A stretch of 64,000 bases of DNA from an uncultured Anaerolineae bacterium (GTDB lineage Bacteria > Chloroflexota > Anaerolineae > VGOG01), in the NCBI GenBank assembly GCA_964510205.1, contig CAZEBW010000003.1, positions 13,274-77,273 on the forward strand, read 5' to 3'. Shown here one piece after another: positions 9,447 to 18,784 of the stretch. The stretch's first letter is position 1. Every line of letters starts with the position of its first letter. The translations under genes were made by a program, and so were the position numbers. A model generated the notes under the pieces. The model worked only from the letters and a program-made list of their open reading frames with translations. It made no database searches and was not told the DNA's origin.

Positions 9447-10235
9447 CTAACGGTTCAACGTACGCAAAATCGCCAGCAGTTTCTTCTTTGCTTCGGGGGA
9501 CATATCCAGGCTTTCCAGTTCCGCCTCCAAAGCTTCGAACGTACCATAGCCCCCAAGATAGCCATTGACGCGCGCCGCAGCCGTGGAGTTCACGAAATCA
9601 TCACTGTCGAAATATATGGCCTTGAACACTTGTTCAACCTCTGGCACCTGACGCAACCGATACTTCTGATGATAGTCCTCAGCCAGGTAAAACTCCGACG
9701 CGGGGACGATCTCGGTAAAAATCGCCTTTCCTCTCATGACCTCCTGGCGGTCTCTTGTTTCTGTGGCTAAACTTTTCTGCTCCTCGTCGTGGTAAAACAC
9801 AATGGACATATACTGCCGTGACCAGGGGCGGCTCGTTGGGCTGTGGCTATCCCAGAAGACATCCAGCAATTCGGCGTACGAGATCTGGGCAGGGTCATAG
9901 TCAATCTGGATCGTCTCGGTGTGATCGCCCAGGTTGTAGTAGGTGGGGTTCTTCGTCGTCCCGCCGGCGTATCCAACGCGGGTACGGATCACACCAGGGA
10001 GGCTCCCGAACCGGGAGTCTGGCCCCCAGAATCAGCCCAGCGCAAATGTCGCCGTTTCGATTGGTGCAGAGGCGTCTATGGTCGGTGTCGCCGCTTCGGT
10101 GATCGCATTACTCTCTGTCAGATCCATTGCTTTCCTTTCCATCCGCAAACTAAGAACAATCATCGCTGATATAGTCAATGCACTTACCAGCAAGATTCTT
10201 AGAGTTGGCGTAGTCGCTTTGACAAGATCTATCAT
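9447..10235 (-). CDS. msrA: Peptide methionine sulfoxide reductase MsrA with an in-frame UGA (putative selenocysteine) at the catalytic position; an N-terminal hydrophobic signal/anchor
   Basis: Downstream part: [32 protein letters not shown]. Upstream part in the same frame: ...ETATFALG-[TGA at 10032-10034][14 protein letters not shown]. This reconstitutes the MsrA active-site motif G(C/U)FWG. There is an ATG at 10235 with a GGAGAGGG SD. The ORF track splits the gene into 10032..10235 and 9447..9992. Confidence 0.65.
10001..10020 (-). promoter_or_regulatory. SECIS-like hairpin 14 nt downstream of the in-frame UGA of msrA (mRNA: CUCCCG-GUU-CGGGAG)
   Basis: A perfect 6-bp stem with a G/U-containing apical loop, placed where a bacterial SECIS would sit. 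Confidence 0.45.
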
Positions 10236-10530
10236 GGCGTATCCCTCTCCTCACCAATCATGCTGGAGAATAAATCACGTACCGCATGATCCGCTTGGTT
10301 TCCGAGCGGCGGGCGACTTCTTTGAAGTCTGAGCTTCGGAACATAGAGGGCAGGGCGTGGTAGGCGAAGAGTTCCTCGAAGGCAGCGCACCGTTCTGGCG
10401 TCGGGCCACCCAAGCACAAAGCTTGTGGGCTTTGGCTTGCTTCATCAGCGCAGGATTGACTCAAGGACAATCCCTGCGTGAACTCATGGCCCCGCTCTTG
10501 GCCCTCACAGGCCACTGCAAAAGTCGAGTC

Positions 10531-12228
10531 CTATCTTTCGCCTCGCTGCTTTTTCACGATCTTAGCCCAAGTGTCGCGCAGGGCCACGGTTTGATTGAAT
10601 ACCAGCTTCTCGTCGGTCGAATCGGGATCCACGCAGAAATAGCCCTGTCGCATGAACTGGTAGATGCTGCCGGGTTCCGCGCCTGCCAGACCAGGCTCGA
10701 CACGGCACGAGCTCAACGTCTCCAGCGAGTTCGGATTCAGGTTGTCCGTGAAATCCCCCCCTTCCTCGACATCGAGGGGGTCTTCTACTGAGAAGAGGCG
10801 ATCGTACAGCCGTACCTCGGCTTCCAGCGAGTGGTTGGCCGAGACCCAGTGCAGCGTTCCCTTAACTTTGCGTCCGTCCGGGGCCGAGCCGCCTCGCGTC
10901 TCCGGATCATAGGTGCAGTGCAGCTCGATCACCTCGCCCCTTTCGTCCTTGACCACGCCCACGCATTTGACGAAATAGGCGTGCATCAGCCGCACCTCGC
11001 GGCCGGGGGCCAAGCGCCAGAACCTCTTCGGCGGATCCTCTCGAAAGTCCTCTCGCTCGATGTACAGCTCGCGCGAAAACGGCACCTTCCGCGTCCCCAT
11101 GCTGTCATCCTCTGGATTGTTGATACACTCCATCTCTTCCACCAGGTCTTCTGGATAGTTGTCAATAATCACTTTAAGCGGGCGCAGCACGCCGAACACA
11201 CGCGGGGCGCGTTGATTCAGATCCTGGCGGACGCAGTGCTCCAGCAGCGCGATATCAATGATGCTGTTCGTCCTGGGCACTCCGATGCGATCGCAAAACT
11301 CGCGGATGGCCTCTGGGGTGTAGCCCCGCCGCCGCACTCCCGACAAGGTGGGCATCCGCGGGTCGTCCCAGCCGCTGACGCGCCCTTCTTCCACCAGTCG
11401 GATAAGCCTTCGCTTGCTGATCACGGTGTAAGTGAGGCTGACGCGGCCGAACTCGATCTGCCTGGGATGATAGATCCCCAACTGATCCAGGAACCAATTG
11501 TACAGAGGGCGATGGTCCTCGTATTCCAGCGAACAGAGCGAATGGGTGATCCGCTCGATGGAATCCGACTGGCCGTGGGCCCAGTCGTACATGGGGTAGA
11601 TGCACCACTCGGCGCCCGTGCGGTGGTGGGTAGCGTGGAGGATTCGGTACATGACCGGATCGCGCAGGTTCATGTTGCCGGAGGTCATGTCAATCTTGGC
11701 CCGCAGGACGTGCTCGCCTTCCTCGAACTCGCCGGCTCTCATGCGCTCGAACAGGTCCAGGTTCTCTTCCACAGAGCGGTCTCGATAGGGGCTGTTCTTG
11801 CCCGGAACACCGAAGGCGCCTCGGTACTCCTTGATCTCCTCGGGACTCAGACTGTCCACGTAGGCTTTGCCATCCTTGATCAACTGCACCGCCCACTGGT
11901 AGAGCTGCTCGAAGTAGTCCGAGGCATAGTACTCGCGATCCTCCCAATCGAAGCCCAGCCAGCGGATGTCCTCTTTGATAGCTTCCACGTATTCCTCTTC
12001 TTCTTTGACGGGATTGGTGTCATCGAAGCGGAGATTGTACAGCCCTCCGAATTCCTCGGCGATACCGAAGGTAATCCAGATGGCCTTGGCGTGTCCGATG
12101 TGCAGATAGCCGTTCGGCTCTGGTGGAAAGCGGGTATGCACGCGCCCGCCGAACCGGTTGGTTCTCAAGTCTTCCTTGATGGCATCTCGGATAAAGTCAG
12201 AGGGACGTTCGGAATCGTTTGTGGTCAT
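10531..12228 (-). CDS. glnS: Glutamine--tRNA ligase (GlnRS)
   Basis: Class-I HIGH motif [16 protein letters not shown], and close similarity throughout to E. coli GlnRS, e.g. [14 protein letters not shown]. Confidence 0.9.
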   Translation of the reverse strand: MTTNDSERPSDFIRDAIKEDLRTNRFGGRVHTRFPPEPNGYLHIGHAKAIWITFGIAEEFGGLYNLRFDDTNPVKEEEEYVEAIKEDIRWLGFDWEDREYYASDYFEQLYQWAVQLIKDGKAYVDSLSPEEIKEYRGAFGVPGKNSPYRDRSVEENLDLFERMRAGEFEEGEHVLRAKIDMTSGNMNLRDPVMYRILHATHHRTGAEWCIYPMYDWAHGQSDSIERITHSLCSLEYEDHRPLYNWFLDQLGIYHPRQIEFGRVSLTYTVISKRRLIRLVEEGRVSGWDDPRMPTLSGVRRRGYTPEAIREFCDRIGVPRTNSIIDIALLEHCVRQDLNQRAPRVFGVLRPLKVIIDNYPEDLVEEMECINNPEDDSMGTRKVPFSRELYIEREDFREDPPKRFWRLAPGREVRLMHAYFVKCVGVVKDERGEVIELHCTYDPETRGGSAPDGRKVKGTLHWVSANHSLEAEVRLYDRLFSVEDPLDVEEGGDFTDNLNPNSLETLSSCRVEPGLAGAEPGSIYQFMRQGYFCVDPDSTDEKLVFNQTVALRDTWAKIVKKQRGER

Positions 12229-12277
12229 GTTAGTGGCTCCCTTCTTGGTTTATCTTTCATCTCCTGTTCCTCCTCCA

Positions 12278-12607
12278 TCAGGTCACAGCCAGCGCAACCT
12301 GTAGGCAGCCTTGCACACTTCGCCAATCCCGGTCTGACAGATGCCCTATCGTCGTTAGGCTGGCGGTCGGCATGGTGGCCAAGAAGGCGCGGAACGCAGA
12401 CGGAGTGTGCAAGCCAGCGGTCTGCCAATCTTGCAGCACGCAGTCTGTAGGACCGGTTGCGGCAGCGACCTGGCTGGTCAGCAGACCCAGCACGGCGTCA
12501 GGGCGTGTCCTGTGGTAAGTGTCGGTGGACACCACGATAGCGGGACGACGCTTGATGCCTGTCACGCCGGGGAAGTCCACGGTCACGACGTCGCCTGGCT
12601 TAACCAT
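12278..12607 (-). CDS. Type II toxin, PemK/MazF family mRNA interferase
   Basis: GDVVTVDFPGVTGIKRRPAIVVS, then a LTSQ segment typical of the MazF/Kid fold. It overlaps the upstream small gene by 8 nt. Confidence 0.7.
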   Translation of the reverse strand: MVKPGDVVTVDFPGVTGIKRRPAIVVSTDTYHRTRPDAVLGLLTSQVAAATGPTDCVLQDWQTAGLHTPSAFRAFLATMPTASLTTIGHLSDRDWRSVQGCLQVALAVT

Positions 12608-12830
12608 CTTCTGCCTCCCCGTTCCAGATGGTGCGTTCGGCGTGGGCCAACGAGGCTCGCATCAGATCATGCAAGTCTTCCTCGCTCCACGTGTCGCTCA
12701 CGTCCACGGCTGTGCGTTGGCCGTAGCGCTCCCGCAAGAACGCGACAAAATCATGCACTTCTGCAACCTTTTCAGTAGGCAAGGTAGACAATGCCTCAAA
12801 GATCTCTCTGGCTTGTGTGCGTGTCACCAT
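12600..12830 (-). CDS. Putative cognate antitoxin (76 aa; family not recognised)
   Basis: A small ORF immediately upstream of the MazF-like toxin and overlapping it. The start MVTRTQ at 12830 is preferred because of a strong SD, AAGGAGGG. Confidence 0.5.
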   Translation of the reverse strand: MVTRTQAREIFEALSTLPTEKVAEVHDFVAFLRERYGQRTAVDVSDTWSEEDLHDLMRASLAHAERTIWNGEAEDG

Positions 12831-13178
12831 CGGTGTCCCTCCTTTCGTAGTCCATGGTCTCTGTGGAAACAGTGATCTTCTTTCCAATTACCCCTCCTCT
12901 CCATCTCGCACCAGGAAGCAGAGAGTATCGCTTTGGAGGGCGTAATGAACGGTTCGTTTACTCATGCGTTCACCTACCTGCGATCACGCGCTTCCCAAAT
13001 CCGCCTTGTGGTTGGCGCCATCGCGGTAGGATTGCTTGGTAACCCAACAGCTCCCCACAGAACACCGCGTGTGGTTGCACGCACAGGTCTGAATTGGCGG
13101 TGGGGTGGGCGAGTGTTCAAGAGACCGACAATCAAATATTCAGCACCTCGAAGATCTCTTGTCTCACGTCGTCGCGGT

Positions 13179-14732
13179 TCAGCACGTCTTCGATGGTAAA
13201 CCAGTAGTCAATGTCGTTTTGGTGGGCTTGTCCTCTCGACCCAGAGGCTTTCTCCAGACCGTTATACTCTTGCGCATCGCAGCACGCCCGTATTTCTTCA
13301 TTTGCTGGCTGCTGTTGCCTTTGCGCTGTGGCAAGACGTAGACCTTGACGGGCTCGAAGCCGACTTGCTCGGCCAGGCTTGTACTCAGTGTGTCAACGGG
13401 AATCACCTCGCCAGCGTAGCGCACGTTGTCATTGACAAAGGCCACCTGCGCACCGCCACGACACGTTCGATGGAGCTCTGCGAACACGAAGGTCAGTTCC
13501 GTGAAATACTGGTCAATCATGGTCAGCACACCCGTGTTGTTGATCTCTCCTCGTTCGTTCCTGATCCGCAGGGCGGTATTGACCTCGGCGAGGGCATCAT
13601 TGCTCCTGACTGCACCCACGATGCCCGCGCAGCGGTCATACTGACCAATAGCTCGATAGAACTCCCCCAGCTTATCCAGCTTCGCCTTATTCTCTACTGT
13701 ACACGACAGTTGACGTTGTCGCAGATCAAAGATCTCCTCTCCCACGCCCAGGTAGGCTAACTCAAGAGCGTATGTCCTGGTGTAATCATATCGGTTGGCG
13801 TAGGGCGGCGACGTAATGACGCCGCCGAATTGATCAGCCTTCATTTCTGGAAGCACGTACAGCGTGTTGCCCTCGATCAATTCCTGTTCACTGGGCGGCA
13901 GAGGCTCTCTCTGCAATCTGGATACATCAATGATGACCTTGCTCAATCCTTCAATAAGAGCCTCTCTAACACCTGGCAATTTCCCTTTGTGGATGCCCCT
14001 GATTGGTTTCTTACCTTGTGCAACTCGCTTCTCGTTACGCTCGCGAATTTTCTGTGCTCGCCTGTCCCAACGCAGGTACTGGCCGTCTTTTCTGGTGTAA
14101 CTGATCTTCTCAAGCGTGCTAGTTAACATCAGCCTGCACAGTATCTTTGCGTCCTCGCTCACATCCAACGTCTCGATCCAGTGTGTGTAATCCATCAGGT
14201 CGCGTTCTGTCTTGTCGGGAAACGCGGTCCTGGTGATGGTCAGATGTGGGAACTTTTCGAGTGCGGCTGGTGGCGTTGTTTCTTTTACCAACTTGCGGAC
14301 GTAGCGCAATTCGGCCAAGTCGTAGTCAAATGCCCGCGATTTGGCTTCCCACGCTAAATGGCAATGTGGCAATAGCTCGATACCCACGGCGTTGATACCA
14401 AGCATCTTGGCGGTCAGAAGCGTGGTGCATGAACCGGCAAACGGGTCGAAAATGGTATCGCCAGGGCCAAGGCTGAACTTCTCGATCAGTATCTCAACCA
14501 GATCGGCTGAGAAGCCCTCTCTGTACTTGAGCCAGCTATGCAAGACCTCGGTCTTGTTAGCCTGAAAACTGACAAGCTGACGGTCGAACTCTTCGGTCTC
14601 CTCTAGCAGATGACCGTAGCGCTCTTCCAGCGAGATGCGGGCGTCTTCAGGGCACACGCCGTTGTGCGAGAACGAGTCTCTTGTTGGCTCAGGCGACTCA
14701 ATTTGCTTTTCGAACATCTGTAACTGTTTCAT
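13179..14732 (-). CDS. DNA methyltransferase, N6-adenine/N4-cytosine type (alpha-class: motif I before motif IV), with no adjacent restriction endonuclease
   Basis: Motif I DPFAGSCTT (~aa 97) and motif IV SPPY (ITSPPYANRYDY, ~aa 300), separated by a ~200-aa putative target-recognition region. Confidence 0.75.
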   Translation of the reverse strand: MKQLQMFEKQIESPEPTRDSFSHNGVCPEDARISLEERYGHLLEETEEFDRQLVSFQANKTEVLHSWLKYREGFSADLVEILIEKFSLGPGDTIFDPFAGSCTTLLTAKMLGINAVGIELLPHCHLAWEAKSRAFDYDLAELRYVRKLVKETTPPAALEKFPHLTITRTAFPDKTERDLMDYTHWIETLDVSEDAKILCRLMLTSTLEKISYTRKDGQYLRWDRRAQKIRERNEKRVAQGKKPIRGIHKGKLPGVREALIEGLSKVIIDVSRLQREPLPPSEQELIEGNTLYVLPEMKADQFGGVITSPPYANRYDYTRTYALELAYLGVGEEIFDLRQRQLSCTVENKAKLDKLGEFYRAIGQYDRCAGIVGAVRSNDALAEVNTALRIRNERGEINNTGVLTMIDQYFTELTFVFAELHRTCRGGAQVAFVNDNVRYAGEVIPVDTLSTSLAEQVGFEPVKVYVLPQRKGNSSQQMKKYGRAAMRKSITVWRKPLGREDKPTKTTLTTGLPSKTC

Positions 14733-14769
14733 CAGGCCTGTTTTTCTCTACGCTTCGATTGTTAACCCT

Positions 14770-14798
14770 ATTATACTACGCCCCTCCAGTTTCGTCAA
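14770..14798 (-). promoter_or_regulatory. Consensus sigma-70-like promoter for the methyltransferase: -35 TTGACG, 17-nt spacer, -10 TATAAT (read on the minus strand)
   Basis: The reverse complement of 14770-14798 reads TTGACGAAACTGGAGGGGCGTAGTATAAT. It lies ~35 nt upstream of the ATG at 14732. Confidence 0.5.
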
Positions 14799-14811
14799 TG
14801 CTGAAAACAAA

Positions 14812-14850
14812 ACTCCCCGCGTGACCTGACAAGGCCGGCGGGGAGGTAGT
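14812..14850 (-). terminator. Rho-independent terminator of the upstream lipoprotein gene (CCCCGCCGG...CGCGGGG followed by AGTTTTGTTTTC)
   Basis: A GC-rich hairpin plus a U-tract on the minus strand, immediately after the stop of gene 14873..15313. Confidence 0.55.
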
Positions 14851-14872
14851 CGTGGCGGAAACTGCTGGCTTG

Positions 14873-15313
14873 CTACTCGCTTGCCAAGCTCAAGTTAAAG
14901 GTGTGCATGTCATCGTACTCTTGCCCCATGACCAAGTTGACGTCGCCGCTGTTCATCCCGTAGACCACCGACCATTGGGTGCTCCCTTGGGCCACGTCGG
15001 CCAGCAGGACCATGGCCTCCGTTCCTTCGGCTACGCTCAGGGCAGCCCGCTGCTCGTATGCGCCATAGTAGCGCATGGTGTAGAGCGGGTAGTCGTCCAC
15101 CTGCTTCAGGCTGCTGAGGGTCGCTGCCTCTTCGTGCGACAGGCCATCGGCGCGGGGCGTGGGCGTTGGAACAGCGGTCGGGGTTGAGGTCGGCGGGACG
15201 GGCGTGGGCGCGATGGCGGGAGCGCTGCACCCCACCAGAAGCCCCAGGATCAGGACTAGGCTGATCATCTTTTGCAGCGATTTCTGGATGCTCATCTTCT
15301 TTTTCTTCTTCAC
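14873..15313 (-). CDS. Hypothetical lipoprotein
   Basis: Signal peptide with a lipobox (LLVGCSAP) and a PT linker. Confidence 0.55.
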   Translation of the reverse strand: MKKKKKMSIQKSLQKMISLVLILGLLVGCSAPAIAPTPVPPTSTPTAVPTPTPRADGLSHEEAATLSSLKQVDDYPLYTMRYYGAYEQRAALSVAEGTEAMVLLADVAQGSTQWSVVYGMNSGDVNLVMGQEYDDMHTFNLSLASE

Positions 15314-15981
15314 TGGAATCTGAGGTACTTCTCGGTAGCGGCGCTCAGATCAGAGTAGACGCCCCGGTAGGCCGGCGGGAGCAGCGCTGCCATCTGGTAC
15401 ATGATCTCGTCCGTGATCTGCCGGCGTACCTGGCGAGTTACTCTGGCCCCACCGGCATCAACGTAGAACGGTTCGCCGACGACAATGTGGAAATCGGTGC
15501 GGCGCAATCGGCGCAGGTTGTCCCGGTAGTGCTCGGCGCCGTAGTAGACCACGGGCAGCAGGGGCGCGCCGCTGCGCAGCGCCAGGAGCACGACGCCGGG
15601 ATGGGCCCGCTGCAAACGTCCGTGTCCGCTGCGGGTTCCCTCGGGGGCGATGGCGAAGATATGGCCCGCCTTCAGCATCTCCAGCGCCTTGCGCAGGGCG
15701 GCGATGTCGGCTTCGCCCCGGTGCAGGGGAATGGCCCCACACACGTCCAGCAGCCATCGCGTCCAGAGCTTTTCCCAGCGGTAGGCCGCGGCAAAGCCAG
15801 TCACCGGGCGCGGCTGCAGCCGGGCGTAGACAATGGGCATCTCCAGGATGTTGACGTGGTTGGCGACCAGGATCAGCGGCCCCCGCTGCGGCACCCGCGC
15901 CAATTGCTCGTCGTCTATGCGGCAGAGGAGGCTGGTCAGGCCTTTGAGCGTGGCGATGACGACGCGATGAGTGAGCGTCAT
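15310..15981 (-). CDS. plsC: 1-acyl-sn-glycerol-3-phosphate acyltransferase family protein (PlsC-like)
   Basis: NHxxxxE/D-type block LILVANHVNILEMP and the PEGTRS block FAIAPEGTRSGHG. Confidence 0.75.
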   Translation of the reverse strand: MTLTHRVVIATLKGLTSLLCRIDDEQLARVPQRGPLILVANHVNILEMPIVYARLQPRPVTGFAAAYRWEKLWTRWLLDVCGAIPLHRGEADIAALRKALEMLKAGHIFAIAPEGTRSGHGRLQRAHPGVVLLALRSGAPLLPVVYYGAEHYRDNLRRLRRTDFHIVVGEPFYVDAGGARVTRQVRRQITDEIMYQMAALLPPAYRGVYSDLSAATEKYLRFQ

Positions 15982-16685
15982 GGAACACTCCTTAGTCGCT
16001 CAATCAACTGGGGCAACTGGCCCAGGTGCTCCAGTTCGTAGTATCCGTCGTGTCCGACGGGTTGGCTGTCTATCACTTCATGAGCCCAAGTGGTGTGGTA
16101 TGGGACGTACACTGCAGTTCCGCCAAGGGCCAGCACGGGCAAGACGTCTGACTTCAGCGAATTGCCCACCATCAGGAAGCGGCGCGGCTCGATTTCGTAC
16201 TTGGCCAGCAGCTTCTGATAGACGCGCGGGGTCTTCTGGCTGACCACCTCGACGTGGCGAAAGCAGTCGCCGAGGCCTGACCGCGAGAGCTTGGACTGCT
16301 GATCGAGGAGGTCGCCTTTGGTGATGAGCATCAGATCGTGTAATTTCGCTAGTTCGAGGACCGTTTCCTCCGCGTGATCGAGCAATCGCGTCTGTGAAGT
16401 AAGCATTTCTTTCGCGAAGCCGATGATCTGCATGACCTCCGCCCCCTCGATCTTCCCCTGCGTCAACTCGACAGCGGTTTCGATCATGGAAAGGGTGAAG
16501 CTCTTGATGCCGTAGCCGTAGTACTGGAGGTTGCTCATCTCCGTCTGATAGAGCTGCTGAGCAACCGTCTCGGCATCGGCATAGCCCGATAGCAATTCCT
16601 TGAGCTTGTCCTGAGTCTCTGTGTATAGGACCTCGTTGTGCCACAGGGTGTCGTCGGCGTCGAAAGCGATTAGGTCAAACTTCAA
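15978..16685 (-). CDS. HAD-superfamily hydrolase
   Basis: N-terminal DxDxT motif FDADDTLW. ATGA overlap with plsC. Confidence 0.7.
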   Translation of the reverse strand: MKFDLIAFDADDTLWHNEVLYTETQDKLKELLSGYADAETVAQQLYQTEMSNLQYYGYGIKSFTLSMIETAVELTQGKIEGAEVMQIIGFAKEMLTSQTRLLDHAEETVLELAKLHDLMLITKGDLLDQQSKLSRSGLGDCFRHVEVVSQKTPRVYQKLLAKYEIEPRRFLMVGNSLKSDVLPVLALGGTAVYVPYHTTWAHEVIDSQPVGHDGYYELEHLGQLPQLIERLRSVP

Positions 16686-16700
16686 AGTTGGCCACCTCGA

Positions 16701-17579
16701 TCACGAACGCAAACCCCGGCCGCGCGGCGCCCACTCCGTTGGATCGCCCCAGTCGGTCGCTTTCCAGCGCATCTTCTCTGGCCGCACCAGCGGGATGATG
16801 TCCTTGAAGAAAGCCAGTCGCTCTTCGTCGGTCATGGGCGTGAAGGCCTCGGCGATGGCCAGGTTCTGCTCCAACTGGGCCATGCTCTCCATCCCCACGA
16901 CGACCGTGCTGACCGGCAGAGCGAAGGCGTAGCGCAGGGAGCGCTCCACTTCGTGGGTCAGGCTGCCCAGCCCCAGCACTTTCATGCCGATGGTAGCGAC
17001 CCCCTTGGCGTTGGCCACGGGCAGAAACTCCTCGGCGAAGCTGAGGATAAAGTGGTCCAGCGCGGAGAGGGCGACGAGCGCGCTGTCAAACGGGAAGCGG
17101 TTGAGGGCCTCGATCAGGATCTGCGGGTCGGTGTGGCCACTGATGCTGATGTGGTGCACCAACCCCTCCTCGCGGGCTTGCAACGCTGCCTCCAGCGCGC
17201 CGTCCTGGCCGGTGAATTCGTCCAGCCGAGCGTAGTCGTACACGTTGTGCAGCCGCCACTCGTTCACGTAGTCGGTCTGCAGCCGCGTCAGGCTCTCCTC
17301 CAGTTGGCGGCGGGCCCCATCGCGGGTGGTGTCCCAGGTTTTGGTGGCGATCCACATCTCCGCCCGCCGGTGTTTGACTACCTTGCCCAGGCGGGTCTCC
17401 GCCTGCCCATTGGAGTATATCCAGGCGGTGTCGAAGTAGCGGATGCCTCGGTCAATGGCGGTGTTGACGATGGCGATGGCCTCTTCCTCCGTGCAGTGAT
17501 GCTCGTCCACAATCCGCTGCCCGCCAAAGCTCAAGATGGGGAACGATTCTCCGGTTTTGCCGAACGGTCTGGTTTCCAT
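16701..17579 (-). CDS. Aldo/keto reductase
   Basis: METRPFGKTGESFPILSFGG...DTAWIYSNGQAE, typical of the AKR family. The start was chosen at 17579 (GGAGG SD). The long in-frame upstream extension (to 18023) is Arg/Pro-rich and judged non-coding. Confidence 0.75.
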   Translation of the reverse strand: METRPFGKTGESFPILSFGGQRIVDEHHCTEEEAIAIVNTAIDRGIRYFDTAWIYSNGQAETRLGKVVKHRRAEMWIATKTWDTTRDGARRQLEESLTRLQTDYVNEWRLHNVYDYARLDEFTGQDGALEAALQAREEGLVHHISISGHTDPQILIEALNRFPFDSALVALSALDHFILSFAEEFLPVANAKGVATIGMKVLGLGSLTHEVERSLRYAFALPVSTVVVGMESMAQLEQNLAIAEAFTPMTDEERLAFFKDIIPLVRPEKMRWKATDWGDPTEWAPRGRGLRS

Positions 17580-17615
17580 ATTTGACCTCCTGATAGTGCA
17601 GTTCAAGGTGCTCAA

Positions 17616-17646
17616 GGTGCAACGCACTTCGAAAGTGCGTTGCACC
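17616..17646. repeat. Palindromic hairpin GGTGCAACGCACTT-CGAA-AAGTGCGTTGCACC (copy 1 of 2; see 56190..56221)
   Basis: A 14-bp perfect stem, intergenic, downstream of the oxidoreductase gene. The same stem sequence recurs at 56190. Confidence 0.7.
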
Positions 17647-17665
17647 TGGTTGGGTGAATAGCAAT

Positions 17666-18784
17666 TCAGTCTAGCTCGCCCTCCATCAGCCCCAGCGGCA
17701 GGGGGGCGGGCCTTTGGCAACGGCTGGCAATCTCGATGTGCCGGCCGCTCTCCGACGATTCCTCTAGGGCGCGCATGACGTCGAGCACGTGATAGGCCAG
17801 TTCGCCGCTGGCGCGGTGGGGGCGGCCAGAGGCGATGGCGTAGGCCATGTCCGCTACGCCGATTCCGCGGCCCACCTCGGTGCTGTGGGTGAGCGGCATC
17901 TCGCTCCATTCGTCGGCCCCGGCCCGGCGGATCCAGACGGATCCGCCAAAAAGGCTGGGGTCGGTGGCGCTGAGGGTGCCTTCTGAGCCGTAGATCTCGA
18001 GGTGTGGCAGCTTGGCGGCCCACATGTCGAAGCTGAGGATGGTCGTGGCCACCGGCCCGCTGACGAAGTCGAGCGCTCCGCTGACGTGGGTGGGGACTTC
18101 GACCGCTATCCTGCGCCCGCGATGCAGCTCACTGGTGGCGATGCGTTCGGGGAAAGAGATTCGAGCCAAACTGGTGACCCGCTTCACGGGTCCCAACAGG
18201 TTGACCAGCGCGGTCAGGTAATACGGCGCCATGTCAAATATAGGCCCTGCCCCTACCTGGTAGAAAAAGTCCGGGTTTGGATGCCAGGACTCGGGGCCGT
18301 GGCCGTGACCGGGCAAAAACGCCGCCGCCGCCACCGGCTCGCCAATCCAGCCGTCGTCAATCAGCTTGCGGCACGTCTGCTGGTGGCCGCCCAAGAAGAT
18401 GTCCGGCGCGCAGCCGACCCGCACGCCCTTCTCCTGGGCCGCAGCGAGCACCTTTTGCCCGTCTCGGCGGGTCACGGCCAGAGGCTTCTCAGAATAGACG
18501 TGCTTCCCGGCGTTGATGGCCGCCAGACTGACCTCGGCGTGGGCCGTGGGCACGGTGAGGTTGACCACGATTTGGATCTCTGGATCCGTCAACACCTCCT
18601 CGACCGAGCAAACGCGGCAGACCTCGAACTCCTCGCCCTTTTCCTCCGCTTTGAGAGCGTCAATATCCGCACAGGCCGCGATGTCGAGGATCTCGAAGAT
18701 GCGGCATCCCCTGATGTAGGCTCCGAAAATACTCCCCGTGCCTATAATACCGATTTTAACTGGTGACTGCTCCGCCCGTGTCAT
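17666..18784 (-). CDS. Gfo/Idh/MocA family NAD(P)-dependent oxidoreductase
   Basis: N-terminal Rossmann VKIGIIGTGSIFG and an EKP motif. The start is placed at MTRAEQ (18784); that ATG is contributed by the terminal repeat of a palindromic element. Confidence 0.7.
   Translation of the reverse strand: MTRAEQSPVKIGIIGTGSIFGAYIRGCRIFEILDIAACADIDALKAEEKGEEFEVCRVCSVEEVLTDPEIQIVVNLTVPTAHAEVSLAAINAGKHVYSEKPLAVTRRDGQKVLAAAQEKGVRVGCAPDIFLGGHQQTCRKLIDDGWIGEPVAAAAFLPGHGHGPESWHPNPDFFYQVGAGPIFDMAPYYLTALVNLLGPVKRVTSLARISFPERIATSELHRGRRIAVEVPTHVSGALDFVSGPVATTILSFDMWAAKLPHLEIYGSEGTLSATDPSLFGGSVWIRRAGADEWSEMPLTHSTEVGRGIGVADMAYAIASGRPHRASGELAYHVLDVMRALEESSESGRHIEIASRCQRPAPLPLGLMEGELD

Noticed and set aside
10236-10530. 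A possible small gene or terminator between msrA and glnS (ORFs 10258..10515 and 10232..10417)
   Set aside because: The ORFs overlap the msrA signal-peptide region or the glnS 3' flank and have no SD or domain. Only a weak hairpin (CAGGGATTG...CAATCCTG) is present, with no U-tract.
12933-13199. An 88-aa ORF in the gap between the toxin-antitoxin pair and the methyltransferase
   Set aside because: It is Arg-rich with low complexity, no SD and no similarity to restriction enzymes. It overlaps the MTase 3' end.
17580-18023. A 148-codon N-terminal extension of the aldo/keto reductase ORF (the track gives 440 aa)
   Set aside because: The extension is extremely Arg/Pro-rich, overlaps the oxidoreductase gene in another frame, and the internal METRPFGKTG start has a perfect GGAGG SD. 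The real gene is 16701..17579.
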